Shown here: positions 39,691 through 52,562 of the stretch, piece after piece
Position numbering within the stretch: the stretch's first letter is position 1
Layout of the letters: every line of letters starts with the position of its first letter
Made by a program: the position numbers and the translations under genes
The notes under the pieces: model-generated
Database searches by the model: none
What the model saw: the letters and a program-made list of their open reading frames with translations, nothing else
What the model was told of the DNA's origin: nothing
NCBI GenBank assembly: GCA_951406725.2
Contig: OX597821.1
Span: forward strand, 116,870,001-116,934,000
Direction of reading: 5' to 3'
DNA length: 64,000 nt
Origin: Octopus vulgaris
Taxonomy: Eukaryota

Positions 39691-40384
39691 ACGATCTATC
39701 ATGGCGACTGACTCGGACAGAAGGGTCACACACGAGAGGGGAAAGTAGGGGAGATAACAAAGTAAAGATGACCTCCAACACGAAAGTGCGTGTGTGTATA
39801 AGAGAGTATGTATGTGCGTGTGAAAGAGGGCTGGTGGTCTGGACGTGTGCGTGTATGTATGTTTAGGTGTGAAAATGTGGGGATGGGTGTGTGGGTGGTG
39901 TGTTGTGATGTGATGTGTAATGTTGCATAGTGTAGTGTGGTGTGGTGTTGTTGGGAGGTGGGGGAGGCGAGAGTGGGGAAAGCACGGGTGGGGTGTGGAT
40001 TCGGCTGAGGATTGGGGTATGGTTGGGGTTTGTGGGTAGGCAGAGGGTGGGGGTAGAGGTGGGGTATGTGGGAGAGGGTGTGTGGGATAGGATGGGGGGA
40101 TGGGAAGGTGTTATGTGAGGAGAGAAGAGAGAAAGAGAGTAAGAGAGAAGAGAGAAAGAGAATAAGAGAGAATGATATATATATATATATATATTTATAT
40201 ATACATATGTATATTTATTTTTATATATATACATACATACATATACATATATATACACACACACATATAAAACGACATTTCAACTAACCTAAATTGTGAT
40301 TATATACACACACATATGTACACACACTCACGTATATGCATATATACGTATTTGTGTGTATGTACATCTTGTGCGAGCGTGGGA

Positions 40385-40434
<50 letters not shown>

Positions 40435-40775
40435 CTCCCGGCGAAGACGAAATATGAGCGTTAGCTTTTACCGAACGACCTGCACAAACGATATGTTTGT
40501 TGTGATCAAATTTTCGTGGCACACATTTGCTCACTCGCTCCTATCAAATCAACGTTTCCTGAACAGGTGTATAGTGTGACACGCGTCAGGTATCGAAGTG
40601 ATCGCCGTGCAACATGAGATGGAGTGTTTTGCTCTAAAGTACAACGCACCACCCAGTCTAGGAAATGAAACCACGATATCGTGATCGTAAGCTGAACACC
40701 CTAACCACTAGGCAATGCGTACTCACACACACACACACACACACATAAACACATACGTGTGTGTGTGTGTGTGTG

Positions 40776-40817
<42 letters not shown>

Positions 40818-41637
40818 GTATGCGCGTATGTACGTCCAAATACGGCGACTTGTTAGAAAAGATGTCAACGTCTTGGGTATTAACATGGCTAATAGGGAAA
40901 ACCGCACAACAAGACAACTGCCAGTCAACCGTGGGATTTTGCTGGCCAGTTTCAGAATTAGGAAAGCCCTGTTAATATCACCCTTCTTTAGATTCTTCGT
41001 GATTATAGGTGAGAAGCGCTTTCGTTGAAAAGGGCTCCTCAGTCACACGAAGTACCTCTGAATCTCTTCATTGCCATAATTTAGGAAAGAAGAGACCAAA
41101 ATTCCTTGCCTCCTACGTTTAATTTTGAAATTAGATACTCTCGTAGAGCATTCGCTTTTCAAAATGTGTTTTCCAAGAAGTTCCTGTGCGTGCAATTGAT
41201 AATAATGAGTTGAAGCATGCGGAGGAAATCTCTCACCTGTCAAACAAAACTGTTTTCTTCCCGGTGACCCAACACTGGCTACGATGACCAAAAGATGAAC
41301 GATCTTCAGGTTTCACTAACCTTCTCATAGACAGTCGTCTTAATAAGAAATAGGGATTCATCATTCTCAGGTGGTCTTGTGGCGCGTTAGTTTTACTAAT
41401 TCAAAATGTGTAGCCTTGTCATTCGCTGTGCATACACAGCCTATCGGGGTAGAATCAAAGCCTTGTGGGTGGATTGTGGGGTGCTGTGTTGATGCAAAAA
41501 CATCGTTAAGAATATATCCATGGTGTACAAGAATTCAACTAAAGTGTACTGCATTATTTCAAAGCAACATGAAATCGTAACGGAATAAGCTTGCATTTAT
41601 ATTCACATAGAACGGCTAAACCGAAAGCTGTTTAATT

Positions 41638-41672
<35 letters not shown>

Positions 41673-42270
41673 GCTATAAAATGTATACATTGATATTGAA
41701 AGTTTCAGATGTTTTCATACAGTATATATTTAATGGCAAATATCTGTCAAATTTATCAGAAATCAAATATACAAACGTACAACGGTTTCTTATACAGCCA
41801 CGCCAGAACGTATCCGTTCGTTTTACCTCACACAAACACTCAAAACAGATGCCAAGTGGCAGAGACGAGTATTAAACCTAGTCACTTCCTCTCTATATCT
41901 TCTTCTCTCTTCCACTCTCTCCCCTCTTTCTCTGTATATATTTATGTGTGTATGTATGTGTGTGAGTGTTTCAAAAACTACAAAATATAAATATCCACTC
42001 TACAACCCATTTAAATGTACCTGTCGTAACTCTTTATCTCGATTTTGAATGTACGTGAATGTATTTAGAATGCCCAAACTTATTTCTGCAAATGTGCTTA
42101 GCACTGATGCTGGTCATAGTTTAATCAATAAGAATAGGAGCGAGGTAAATGCAGTAAAAATAAGGGGATCAGTGGAACCCCATTTAAGCGGCCCTTCAGA
42201 AATTGAACCTTCTTACAATACTCCCTGAGAGTTCATGGTTTGAAATTCATTGCCATTACTCCGATTTGTG

Positions 42271-42332
<62 letters not shown>

Positions 42333-42787
42333 TTCATACATACAACACGTGCAACTGTTAACCCTGACACGTTGCTTTCTCTCGATTTCTCTACCTCCCT
42401 CTCTCTCTCTCTTTCTTCTATCTCCTTTCAGTAGAAGGGCATAGGCTCGAAACATCAAAAGACTTTTCCCTTTTTACTGAGCGTCAAACCAATAAACCAT
42501 GTCTGTTGTTCCCTAACCTCTCTCTGTCTTTTGTGTTTTGTGTTTTTGCAATAATCTTGAACTCGGTAGATAGAGAGACCTTTATCTTTTTTGTTTCATT
42601 TTCTTTTACTTGTTTCATTCATCAGACTGCAGTCATGTTGGAAAACCAAATCCATACAGGGGCACCGTCTACCAAATTCACTCACAAGGATTTGGTCGGC
42701 CCGTGGCTATAATGGACACTAATGGACGATGCCACGCAGTGGGACTGAACCCAAAACAATGTGAATGAGAAGCAAGCTTTTTACCAC

Positions 42788-42808
42788 ACAGGCACTCCTG
42801 TGCCTCTG

Positions 42809-42856
<48 letters not shown>

Positions 42857-42912
42857 AATATCTATCTATCTATCTGTCTGTCTATCTATCTATCTATCTA
42901 TCTCTATCTATC

Positions 42913-43004
<92 letters not shown>

Positions 43005-43028
43005 AATATCTATCTATCTATCTGTATG

Positions 43029-43096
<68 letters not shown>

Positions 43097-43176
43097 AATA
43101 TCTATCTATCTATCTACCTACCTACCTACCTACATTTCTATCTATCTATCTATCTATCTATCTACCTACCTACCTA

Positions 43177-43222
<46 letters not shown>
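42788..43222. repeat. (TATC)n/(TACC)n/(TA)n microsatellite
   Basis: Directly visible. Confidence 0.95.
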
Positions 43223-43225
<3 letters not shown>

Positions 43226-43290
43226 ATAGATGCATGCATACATACATTAATAATAATATATAATATAGATATATAGATATATAGATATGG

Positions 43291-43328
<38 letters not shown>

Positions 43329-43362
43329 TATAATAAACTAGTTGAAAATCCATTAATATACA

Positions 43363-43450
<88 letters not shown>

Positions 43451-43803
43451 CATGTTTTAACTGCTGACCAGACCCACACAAATAGAAAATTGTTACTTTA
43501 GGGTGAAAAAAAAACGCAGCAATGATCTATCTTAAACAAAGAACTATTCGAAATAGAAACAAAATCTCAGTCCTGTATAGCTACGTTGCTGAAATAAACC
43601 ATCATCTAATGACTAAATTATATCTTTAGAAATTATCTAAGCTTAGGCTTCCGGCTGACTTGCTTATTAAAGAATATCTACATATCTATTTTTCGTGAAA
43701 CGAACGTTTTTTCAGCTTTCCGGATATTTTATCTGAGATTTGCTTTTCTTCTAATAATTAATCCTTCTTCTTTCTAAGCGGCTCCATCCTATCCTTTCTC
43801 TCA

Positions 43804-43860
<57 letters not shown>

Positions 43861-44169
43861 CCTCCCTCTCTCTCTCTCTCTCTCCTTCATTGCGTGTGCA
43901 TCTATCTATCTGTCTATCTATCTACTTATCAATCTTGCTATCTGTGTGTATGTGTGTGTGCGCGTTTGTGTGTAATCAAAGATGCAGAAATGACGTACTT
44001 CGAATGAATTAAAAGGTAACGTAATCCAAGTATTGAGTAAGAAGTCCATGGATCAGGTACTCCAAAACAATCGGAAAGACGAGGACGGTCTATATGACCG
44101 TGCAGTAAATAGTCAATACAAATAAAGAATAAATGGATAAAAAACGAAAAATAAGAAACAAACAAAACA

Positions 44170-44463
44170 AAAAAAAGAAAAACAACGAATGTGTGGATGT
44201 ACGCAAGTGTGTTAGCTTGACGCTCGGTGGAAGGAGAGGGTTTAACATTTCGTGCATAGCTCTCCATCGGAAAGGAGAAAGTGTAAACTCCAGTGTAAAT
44301 ACACGTGACCCATTGGCGATTTCCTCTTCCCCTCCTTCTTTGAACTTTTTCCTTTCTCCTTTCCGACGAAGAGCCATGCACGAAACATTAAACTCTCTCC
44401 TTTCACCGAACGTCAAGCTAATACGCTTCTTGTGTACCTCTTCACGTTTGTTGTCTTTTTTTT
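44170..44463. repeat. Inverted repeat with ~120-bp arms and ~50-bp spacer
   Basis: aagtgtgttagcttgacgctcggtggaaggagagggtttaacatttcgtgcatagctctccatcggaaaggagaaag pairs with 44352-44428. Confidence 0.9.
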
Positions 44464-44570
44464 AAGTTTCCTTTTCTCCGCTTTTTATCCATTTATTTGA
44501 ACTGACTACACACACACACACACACACATACACACACAAACAGATATATATATATATATATATATATATA

Positions 44571-45031
44571 CAGGTCGTCGTCGGCTTACAACCTATTGAC
44601 TTACGACCGTTCGACTTTACGATGATTGGCGTGCCAACTTTCGGCAGCAATAATAAATAGTCCATTTGAAATCTAATGGGTTTAATTCCTTACAAATTAA
44701 CCCATCTCCGGATGATGTCAGCTAACAAACGACATCGAAGATCCACAGCCAAACACCAGAGTACAATAAAATTTTAAAGTAAGTTTTGCAACTGTTTTTT
44801 TATACTACTTTGTGTATTTCTTGTATTTGCATTCTTTAGTACTTTTCTATGAACAAATAACACTGTTGCAGTATAACACAGAATGCCGTGTAGGATTTTT
44901 ACCTGAGAATGTACCTCAAGAATGTAAAAACTAGAAAACAAGGCTATGTAGGCCTATAGGCCGACTTACGACCAAATCGACTTATGACCAAACAGTCAGA
45001 ACCAATCGTGGTTGTAAGTCACAACGACCTG
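44571..45031. mobile_element. Tigger/pogo-like MITE in (TA)n
   Basis: TA|caggtcgtcgtcggcttacaacc..ggttgtaagtcacaacgacctg|TA; repeated subterminal gacttacgacc motif. Confidence 0.85.
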
Positions 45032-45100
<69 letters not shown>

Positions 45101-45120
45101 AGATAGATATATATATATAT

Positions 45121-45236
<116 letters not shown>

Positions 45237-45408
45237 GCAGACATACAGAAAGAGAGAGAGAGAGAGAGAGAGGGGAATGGTTTGTATCTCTTCTCAGGCA
45301 TATTCTGAGAAATAATTCTTTAATCGTTGACTAATACATTGATACATCTTCAGTCATGCTAAGTTCCTCCATGCTGCAGAAGATTCTTCAGTCTTTCCTT
45401 GTCTTGCA

Positions 45409-45452
<44 letters not shown>

Positions 45453-45864
45453 CCTCTTCAACTTATGTTTCTCCAACTCCTCCTCCTCTCCTCTTTCTTT
45501 CTCCCCACCTCCTTCTTTCCCTCTCTCTGCCGTTTGTCAGTTGGCACAAAGCTATCGAGTTACACGAATTCTTTAATAAGCAATCTATATTTATCTTAAT
45601 CTTCTGCAGACTACCTCTTACTCCTTCCGTGTTTCCAATAGCAACTTAAAAGTTGGTTTCATACACTAATATAGATATTTACATACTGTAATTAATATTA
45701 ACGCATATATAAACACCTGAGGAAGTGCACACACACACACACACTTTAATGAGACATGTTTAGTCTATTTTGTATCATGTGATTTTGTGAACAATAGCGT
45801 CGCAGAATCAAACTGACATTAATACAAATACACAGCAACAACATAACTTACGTGTGTTCATATA

Positions 45865-45916
<52 letters not shown>

Positions 45917-45954
45917 TTATACGTTACATACCTGTACGTACATATGCATTCTTT

Positions 45955-46164
45955 CATTTTCTTGTTTCAGTCATTTGACTGCGGCCATGCTGGAGTATCA
46001 CTTTAATCGAAGAAAACGGCCCCAGGACTTATTCTTTGTAAACCTAGTATTTATTCTATCGCTCTCTTTTGCTGAACTGCTAAGTTACGGGGACGTAAAC
46101 ACACCAGCATCGGTTGTCAAGCGTGGGGGTGGAGACAAACGCAGACACACAAATACATACATAC

Positions 46165-46204
<40 letters not shown>

Positions 46205-46305
46205 CAGGCTTCTTTTAGTTTCCGTCTACCAAATCCACTCACAAGGCTTTAGTCAGCTCGAGAGCTCGAGGCAATAGAAGACACTTGTCCAAGGTGCTAC
46301 GCAGT
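45955..46305 (-). mobile_element. Family-B SINE, 5'-truncated
   Basis: Reverse complement of the family-B body and tail. Confidence 0.85.
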
Positions 46306-46320
46306 GTATTTGTACATATA

Positions 46321-46468
<148 letters not shown>

Positions 46469-46870
46469 ATACATATACAGAGTTGGGCGCGGTTCCGCTA
46501 ATCCGGTAACAGCTAATTAGCAAAACTAACTTTTCGTTTAGCGGATTAGCGTTTTCGCTAACTTTGGAAACCATTAGCAGGCCAATTAGCTTCCGTTGAA
46601 TTTAGTTCCGCTAACTTTAAGTCCGCTAACAAAATTCATACGTTCCTGTCTGTTGTGGGCGAATCTCGACGAGTCCGCTGGCACGCTATTGACTAATTAG
46701 GTGTACACGTGACAAGACGCGTTTGGTTGACGCAGCAGCAGCTAGCTGAACAACATTGTGTAATTCTGCAGTTTTGAGTTGTGTTCACCTACGACGTTGC
46801 CACATTACAGTCTCACAGTGTCGGTGACAGCAGCGTACGTTATCAGCTTATCAAGTTATCACTTATCGTT

Positions 46871-47482
46871 ATGGAAGGTGAAGACGTTTTTGTTCGGCTT
46901 GATGATGACGGGCCTGTTGAGGAGCCTGCAACGACTTTGGGTGAAGCAGAGGTCACTCAGGTTGAGAGCCAGGAGTCTCAGAACTCGTGGCTCCATCTGG
47001 AGGACTACTTTGTCTTTACGTAAAGGGATAAGAGGATCGCCAAAATCCTGTACTTCCGGTGCGTCATGTGCCAGCCCAAGGAGACCACCATTAAGGGACA
47101 AGTGGCGAGCTTCTACAACTTGAAGTCGCATGTCAAGAGGAAACACCCAGCGCATGCCATCCAGTTTGAGGAGAGAATCAAGGCTGGTTCTTCCTGTAAC
47201 AGTATCAGTAGCCAGTCATCGCATCCACGTGCAAAGAAAGCTCGCCACCCCAGCATTGGCGCGTTTGCTCAAACTGCTGACACTGACGTCCATCAGTCTA
47301 TGGTGGATAGAAGCCTTGTAGACCTGTTTGTCGACAACATGCTACCGCTGCATGTAGTGGAGTCCTCCTCTTTGGTCAGCCTGATCAAAATGCTGAACCC
47401 AGAGCAAGACGCAAATGTCCCGTCGCACTCCGGGCAGAATGATCTTGGCCAGCCATGAACAGCCGGAGGAGCATCTTACAAG
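46871..47482 (+). pseudogene. hAT transposase exon 1 (BED zinc finger and following DNA-binding region)
   Basis: MEGEDVF..SWLHLEDYF..*..YFRCVMC..NLKSHVKRKHP (BED C-C-H-H), VDNMLPLHVVESSS..LNP, then a frameshift into MSRRT..EEHLT; ends at the donor AG|GTATTT. Confidence 0.85.
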
Positions 47483-47638
47483 GTATTTATAAACTGAAAT
47501 TATACAAGACTATTAAATTATTATTATTATTATTATTATGGCATACTTCATATTTTCTTAGTTTAATTATTTATTGAATAATTACTTTCTTAATTGATGT
47601 AATAAAACGTATAATAGCTAATTGAAATAAATGTCATA

Positions 47639-47669
<31 letters not shown>

Positions 47670-47751
47670 TATATATATATATATATAATTTACTCTGCTA
47701 TGTATTGAGTACCTTATTTACTGTGGTTAACCCCGACTCTAACCCGGGACC

Positions 47752-47795
<44 letters not shown>

Positions 47796-48038
47796 CTCCA
47801 CCCATGATTACGTCTGCGCAGCCAAAATGGCAATCTTTAATGAAATAACAAATAAATTAACCCTTAGTTCTAAACTTAGCAAATTTCGACCATCATTCCA
47901 TCCCTCCTCAGCTCGGTTATCCATCACCCTCAACATGCCACCAATGGAAGGTAGTGTCACTATTTTCAAAAGTTTAATAACAAGGCTTTAAATTATAAGC
48001 AATCTTTCCATGAATTTAGAACATGCTAGTAACAAATA

Positions 48039-48420
48039 TGTGGAGGCGCAATGGCCCAGTGGTTAGGGCAGCGGACTCGCGGTCGTAGGATCGCAGTTTC
48101 GATTCCCAGACCGGGCGTTGTGAGTGTTTATTGAGCGAAAAACACCTAAGGCTCCACGAGCCTCCGGCAGGGATGGTGATCCCTGCTGTACTCTTTCACC
48201 ACAACTTTCTCTCACTCTTACTTCCTGTTTCTGTTGTACCTGTATTTCAAAGGGCCAGCCTTGTCACTCTCTGTGTCACGCTGAATATCCCCGAGAACTA
48301 CGTTAAGGGTACACGTGTCTGTGGAGTGCTCAGCCACTTACACGTTAAGTTCACGAGCAGGCTGTTCCGTTGATCGGATCAACCGGAACCCTCGTCGTCG
48401 TAACCGACGGAGTGCTTCCA
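48039..48420 (+). mobile_element. Family-C tRNA-derived SINE inside the hAT intron, 10-bp TSD
   Basis: A box TGGCCCAGTGG, B box GTTTCGATTCC; TSD agtaacaaat at 48028-48037 and 48427-48436. Confidence 0.92.
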
Positions 48421-48986
48421 ATCCAAAGTAACAAATGTTAAACTACAGTCTGAGTGGTTTCTGTAAACAAAGTATAGTTATAAGATACTGCGATCAAGTG
48501 TCCTGCCTCCTTCCTATTTGTACAAAATTGTACAAACCACGTGCTCACAAAAACCATTGCAGCTGGTGTGGAGTGGCGGATGAGAGGCTAGTTTATGTTT
48601 TTTTGTTTTTTTAGTAGGCCTTGATCTTACTCTGCGTCAGTTTATTTCCTTGTTGGTTTTAAATTGCTGCTAGCCACCTTAATTATTTTATAATTTTCAC
48701 ATTGCCATTTTGTGAAATCAGTCACTGATTCCAATGGCATTCTCCGTAATATTGACAGGGTGAGGTGGCCTCTACCAGCTGTGATGGAGTGACCATTACT
48801 AATGAGTATTAATTTCTTATACGAAATTAGCATGCTAATCTAATGCATCTCACTCAGAGTGGGGTGCTTTTGTGGCTAAGGAGTTTACGACTCCTACTTC
48901 TAGCAATACATATATTTTTTTATTTTTTATTTTATTTTATTTAGTTTCAGCTCACAAGCTATGGCCATGCTGGAGCACCGCCATTA

Positions 48987-49037
<51 letters not shown>

Positions 49038-49094
49038 AAGCTTTTAACTTTACAAATTATGTCTCTTGACAATTTAACATTTTTTTTATTACAG

Positions 49095-49848
49095 TTTGCT
49101 CATGGATGTCCCCTGGGTGGCGACCACCGCGGACTGTTGGTTGGCCCACAACAGGTCCTACCTGGGGATGTCGGCAAACTGGCTGGACCCCAAGACCTGC
49201 ACGAGACACCACCCCGTCCTGGCCTGCTCTCGGCTCAGTGGATATCATACTATTGATGTTATCGCCCGGGTCATAGTGGACAGCTATTAGAAGTTCCATC
49301 CACAAGAGAAGATGATCAGGACCGCGACGGACAACAGCAAAAACATTGTTAAGGATTTATGTAGTTTGGTACAGAAGTTGAATTGTTACTAGACATTCAT
49401 GAGGCTGCTGCCGATCTGGACGTGGAGGGCGTGAAAGATATGGACCTGGACGTGGATCTTGAGGCTGGGGATATGGACGAAGTTGAGTACATCTCTGTTG
49501 ATGCCATCCTTGACGAGTTCAGCCGTCTGGGCCTAAACCTGCCAGTGCACATGAAGTGCGCAGCCCATACCTTCAACTTGGTAGCCAGTGTGGATGCTGA
49601 CAAGGCTCTTGACAGCACTTTGTTCAAGTCGGCTTAGAGGAAGGCCATGTCCAAGGCACGGCGGTTGTAGAATCTTCAGAACCACACCACGGTGGTGGCC
49701 GACAGCATTCTGGACGTGTTGAAGAGGAGGGCTGATGGTTCCCAACAGTACCAGATGGAACTCTACCTATCACTCTGTTGTTGTCCTCAACAACCTGCTA
49801 GAGAAGAATAGGGGAGCTGTCCACGGGGTGATAACACAGCAGAAGTAA
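49095..49848 (+). pseudogene. hAT transposase exon 2 (catalytic domain)
   Basis: After the acceptor ttttttattacAG: WVATTADCW..SYLGMSANW..LAC..GYHT..TATDN..NIVK..CAAHTFNLVAS..PNSTRWNSTY. Shows catalytic D, D, CxxH and RWNS motifs, with several stops and frameshifts. Confidence 0.9.
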
Positions 49849-50055
49849 ATTGTGTTATGCCAGTACAATTTCCAATCCAGCGTTTCAGTAGAAAGATTAC
49901 ATGTGAGACAAATATAGACTTTCGCCAATTCTCAGAGTGAAAGAATCAAACTAAGACTAGCAGAATATCCACTGCATCAGCTGAATATAAACGAAAGCCA
50001 CTTAGTAAAAATCCACCATTTTAAGTTAGATTTGCTGTTGTTGTTGCTGCTGCTT

Positions 50056-50407
50056 TGTTTGTTTGTTTGTTGAGCGAAGCAGTCTTCGTCCCAGTGGGAG
50101 AAGTCCGAAACGTGGTTCTTTGCTATTCGTAAGGCCCGCAGAAGAGAAAGCAGGTCAACCTCCGACACCGAGAGCATCGACGGATGGATCCAGGCTCAGC
50201 GGTTGCGTAGGAAGCTGGGGACAAGAAACAGGAAGAAAGAGTGAGAGAAAGTTGGAGCGAAAGAGTACAACAGGGGTCGCCATCACCCCCTGCCGGAGGC
50301 TCGTGGAGCTTTAGGTGTTTTCGCTCAATAAACACACACAACGAATCGAAACCGCGATCCTCCGACCGCGAGTCCGCTGCCCTAACCACTGGGCCATTGC
50401 GCCTCCA
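50056..50407 (-). mobile_element. Family-C SINE inserted in a (TTG)n run
   Basis: Near-identical to 23982-24395; flanked by a ctgttgttgttg duplication. Confidence 0.9.
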
Positions 50408-50409
50408 CT

Positions 50410-50600
50410 GTTGTTGTTGTTGCTGTTTAACTCCGGCTAACCTTGATCGAACAATCAAGAACATTCCTTCATGATCACATCATCTGTAAATGGATATATA
50501 ACACAACGTTATATAATGTGTCCTTTCTTTTCCCAAGGCACTAAGGTGTGTCCTGAGAAGAGCTGGCTGCTATTTCTAGTAGTCTAGAGCATCAACGAAG
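50410..50600 (-). repeat. Old dispersed repeat (family E; related copies at ~1405-1590, 22405-22530, 59855-60020)
   Basis: Shared ctagaaatagc..aaggacacat..gatca..ctaaaca(caa)n motifs in diverged copies. Confidence 0.5.
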
Positions 50601-50869
50601 AGGCTACTGGAGGGTTGCACTGGTAATACTTATGCGGATGGGGGTATAGAATAACCAGACCGATCCCAATATGTGTAAACTCCAGATGACTAAATAGAAG
50701 GAAAACCGGAAGTAGATGTGGATGGATGCCAAGTTTTGGTTATGATTAGTTCCTTCTGAACGTTGCTTGAAAGAAAATTTGTTTTACCAGATTAACAGCA
50801 ATCTCAAAAGGAAGCTGTTCCAAGCATTGTCACAATGCATCTGGTTTCGCGCGGTTCGTCTGGCTAGCG

Positions 50870-51245
50870 TGAAGGCGCGTGGCCTAGTGGTTAGGGTGTT
50901 GCACTCAAGATCACAGTATCACGGTTTCGATTCTTGGACCGAGCAGAGCACTTCTCCAGTCAACTCAAATGCAAATAAGAAATCCTACAACAGACTGGTA
51001 TCCCTTTCGGGGTGAATGGTGTGATTTCAGTCACTTATACAGCATGGAAATCGGGCATGAAGTCGTGTGGCTTAGTGGTTAGGGTGTTGCACTCAAAATC
51101 ACATTATCACGCTTTCGATTCCTGGACCGAGCAGTGCATTTCTACAGTCAACTCAAATGCAAATAAGAAATCCTACAACAGACTGGTACCCCGTTCGAGG
51201 TGAATGGTGTGATTTCAGTCACTTATACATCGTGGAAATCCGGCA
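50870..51245 (+). repeat. Tandem duplication of a 188-bp family-D SINE unit, followed by a third SINE head at 51246
   Basis: Units start at 50870, 51058 and 51246 with tgaag..gtggc.tagtggtta.ggt.ttg. Confidence 0.9.
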
Positions 51246-51339
51246 TGAAGATGCGTGGCTTAGTGGTTAAGGTATTGTTCTCGTGATTGTAAGATTATGG
51301 TTACGATTCCTGGACCAAGCAACGCGTTGACTTCTTTAA

Positions 51340-51864
51340 CCTATTAACTGCCAAATGTTTTTATTCATATTTTTTTGGCTTTGCCAGGGGTCTTAGGAAG
51401 TTATAATAATATATAGTGTTTAAATTTTCTTCATGTGTGAATTATTCTGGAAATTATGATAAATTTTACGAAAAGTTCCAAATGCTGAAATAATAAAAAA
51501 AAGCAAATTTATCTTTTTCAATTCAATTGCAATAATAAACATTTTAGTTTTGGGGGAAACGATAGTATCAAATGTGAATGTGTATGAAATATCAATGAAT
51601 GATATAGATGGGAAATGCCAAAAAATAAAAAAAAAACGTTTTCAAAACAGTCAATATTTTTGTAGTTCAAAAATTGCAATTTATGACATAAAATGTCCTC
51701 TAGAATTAGCCGGAGCTAAAATGACAAACTTTTACTACTAAATCTTGTTAAACACACCTCTGCAAATGCGGTGTACAGAAGCAATTCAGTTTAAATGCAA
51801 TGAACAGCTGGCAGTGAGACTGTTTTGAGCAGATCCCCAAAAGGGGCTCGTGACAGGCGATGGC
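51340..51864. mobile_element. TTAA-duplicating (piggyBac-like) insertion splitting a family-D SINE
   Basis: The SINE reads cgcgttgacttctTTAA|..|TTAAcaaaacacttcatttc, contiguous in the 22926 copy. The TIR is degenerate: cctattaactgcca / tgacaggcgatggc. Confidence 0.7.
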
Positions 51865-52485
51865 TTAACAAAACACTTCATTTCATGTTATTCCAGTCCA
51901 CCCAGGTAACAACAATGAGTAACCCTGCAAAAGACTAGCGCCCCATCCAGGGAGGGAATATATACGCCACGGAAACCGAGAAACCGGTGCTATGAGCGCA
52001 TATGACTTGGGAGGGATCTTTAGCCTGTTTATCCTACCCATGGAAACCGCATAAGCAGAGTCAAGACCATAATGTCTAGGGGGACATTATGTAGGTTCGC
52101 ATTAAACCTGCATCGCTATATTCTCACTTTCGAGAAAATAATGTTTTTATACGCCACTTCGTTTTGGAATTGGCAAAAAACAAAAACTATTGTAAAGGTG
52201 GCAAGACGCAACGAAAATTTTAGAAAAATATAAAAGAAATAAGTAGAAATTTTGCTGGTGAATGTGTTAAATTATAAGGCATTGAAAGAGAATAACTCTC
52301 CCTAGACACAGCAAAAATAATTCGACTAAAATTCTCAAAGAGCCTCAATTACAAAATGGCCGTCAAAAACGCGTAAACTAATGGCAATTCGACGAACCAT
52401 CGAACATACGTGTGTGTGTGTGTGTGAGGGGAGAGAGAAAGAAAGGACAGACAGACAGACACTGACAAATTGATAGATAGATAGG

Positions 52486-52562
<77 letters not shown>

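Larger units (their letters stand above)
46478..49848 (+). mobile_element. hAT transposon (left end plus intron-containing transposase pseudogene; right part not found)
   Basis: Left terminus cagagttgggc with GCTAA/TTAGC subterminal repeats, followed by the transposase exons listed separately. Confidence 0.85.

Noticed and set aside
40850-41300. Possible very old minus-strand RTE fragment (..SSFLNYGNE..)
   Set aside because: Only one partial motif is visible, and it cannot be supported without an alignment.
43999-44089. Possible 91-nt minus-strand exon (..catatAG|accgtcc..ttcgaa|GTacgt) in unique sequence
   Set aside because: The splice signals are only moderate, the open frame (RPRLSDCFGVPDPWTSYSILGLRYLLIHS) matches nothing I recognise, and no partner exons were found. 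It needs RNA-seq.
45713-45766. Hammerhead-like CTGAGGA-agtg(ca)n cact..GAGAC motif
   Set aside because: GAAA is mutated, there are extra bases before it, and there is no proper stem III or stem I.
48041-48115. tRNA gene
   Set aside because: A and B boxes are present but there is no convincing acceptor stem. The sequence continues into a multi-copy SINE body bounded by a TSD.
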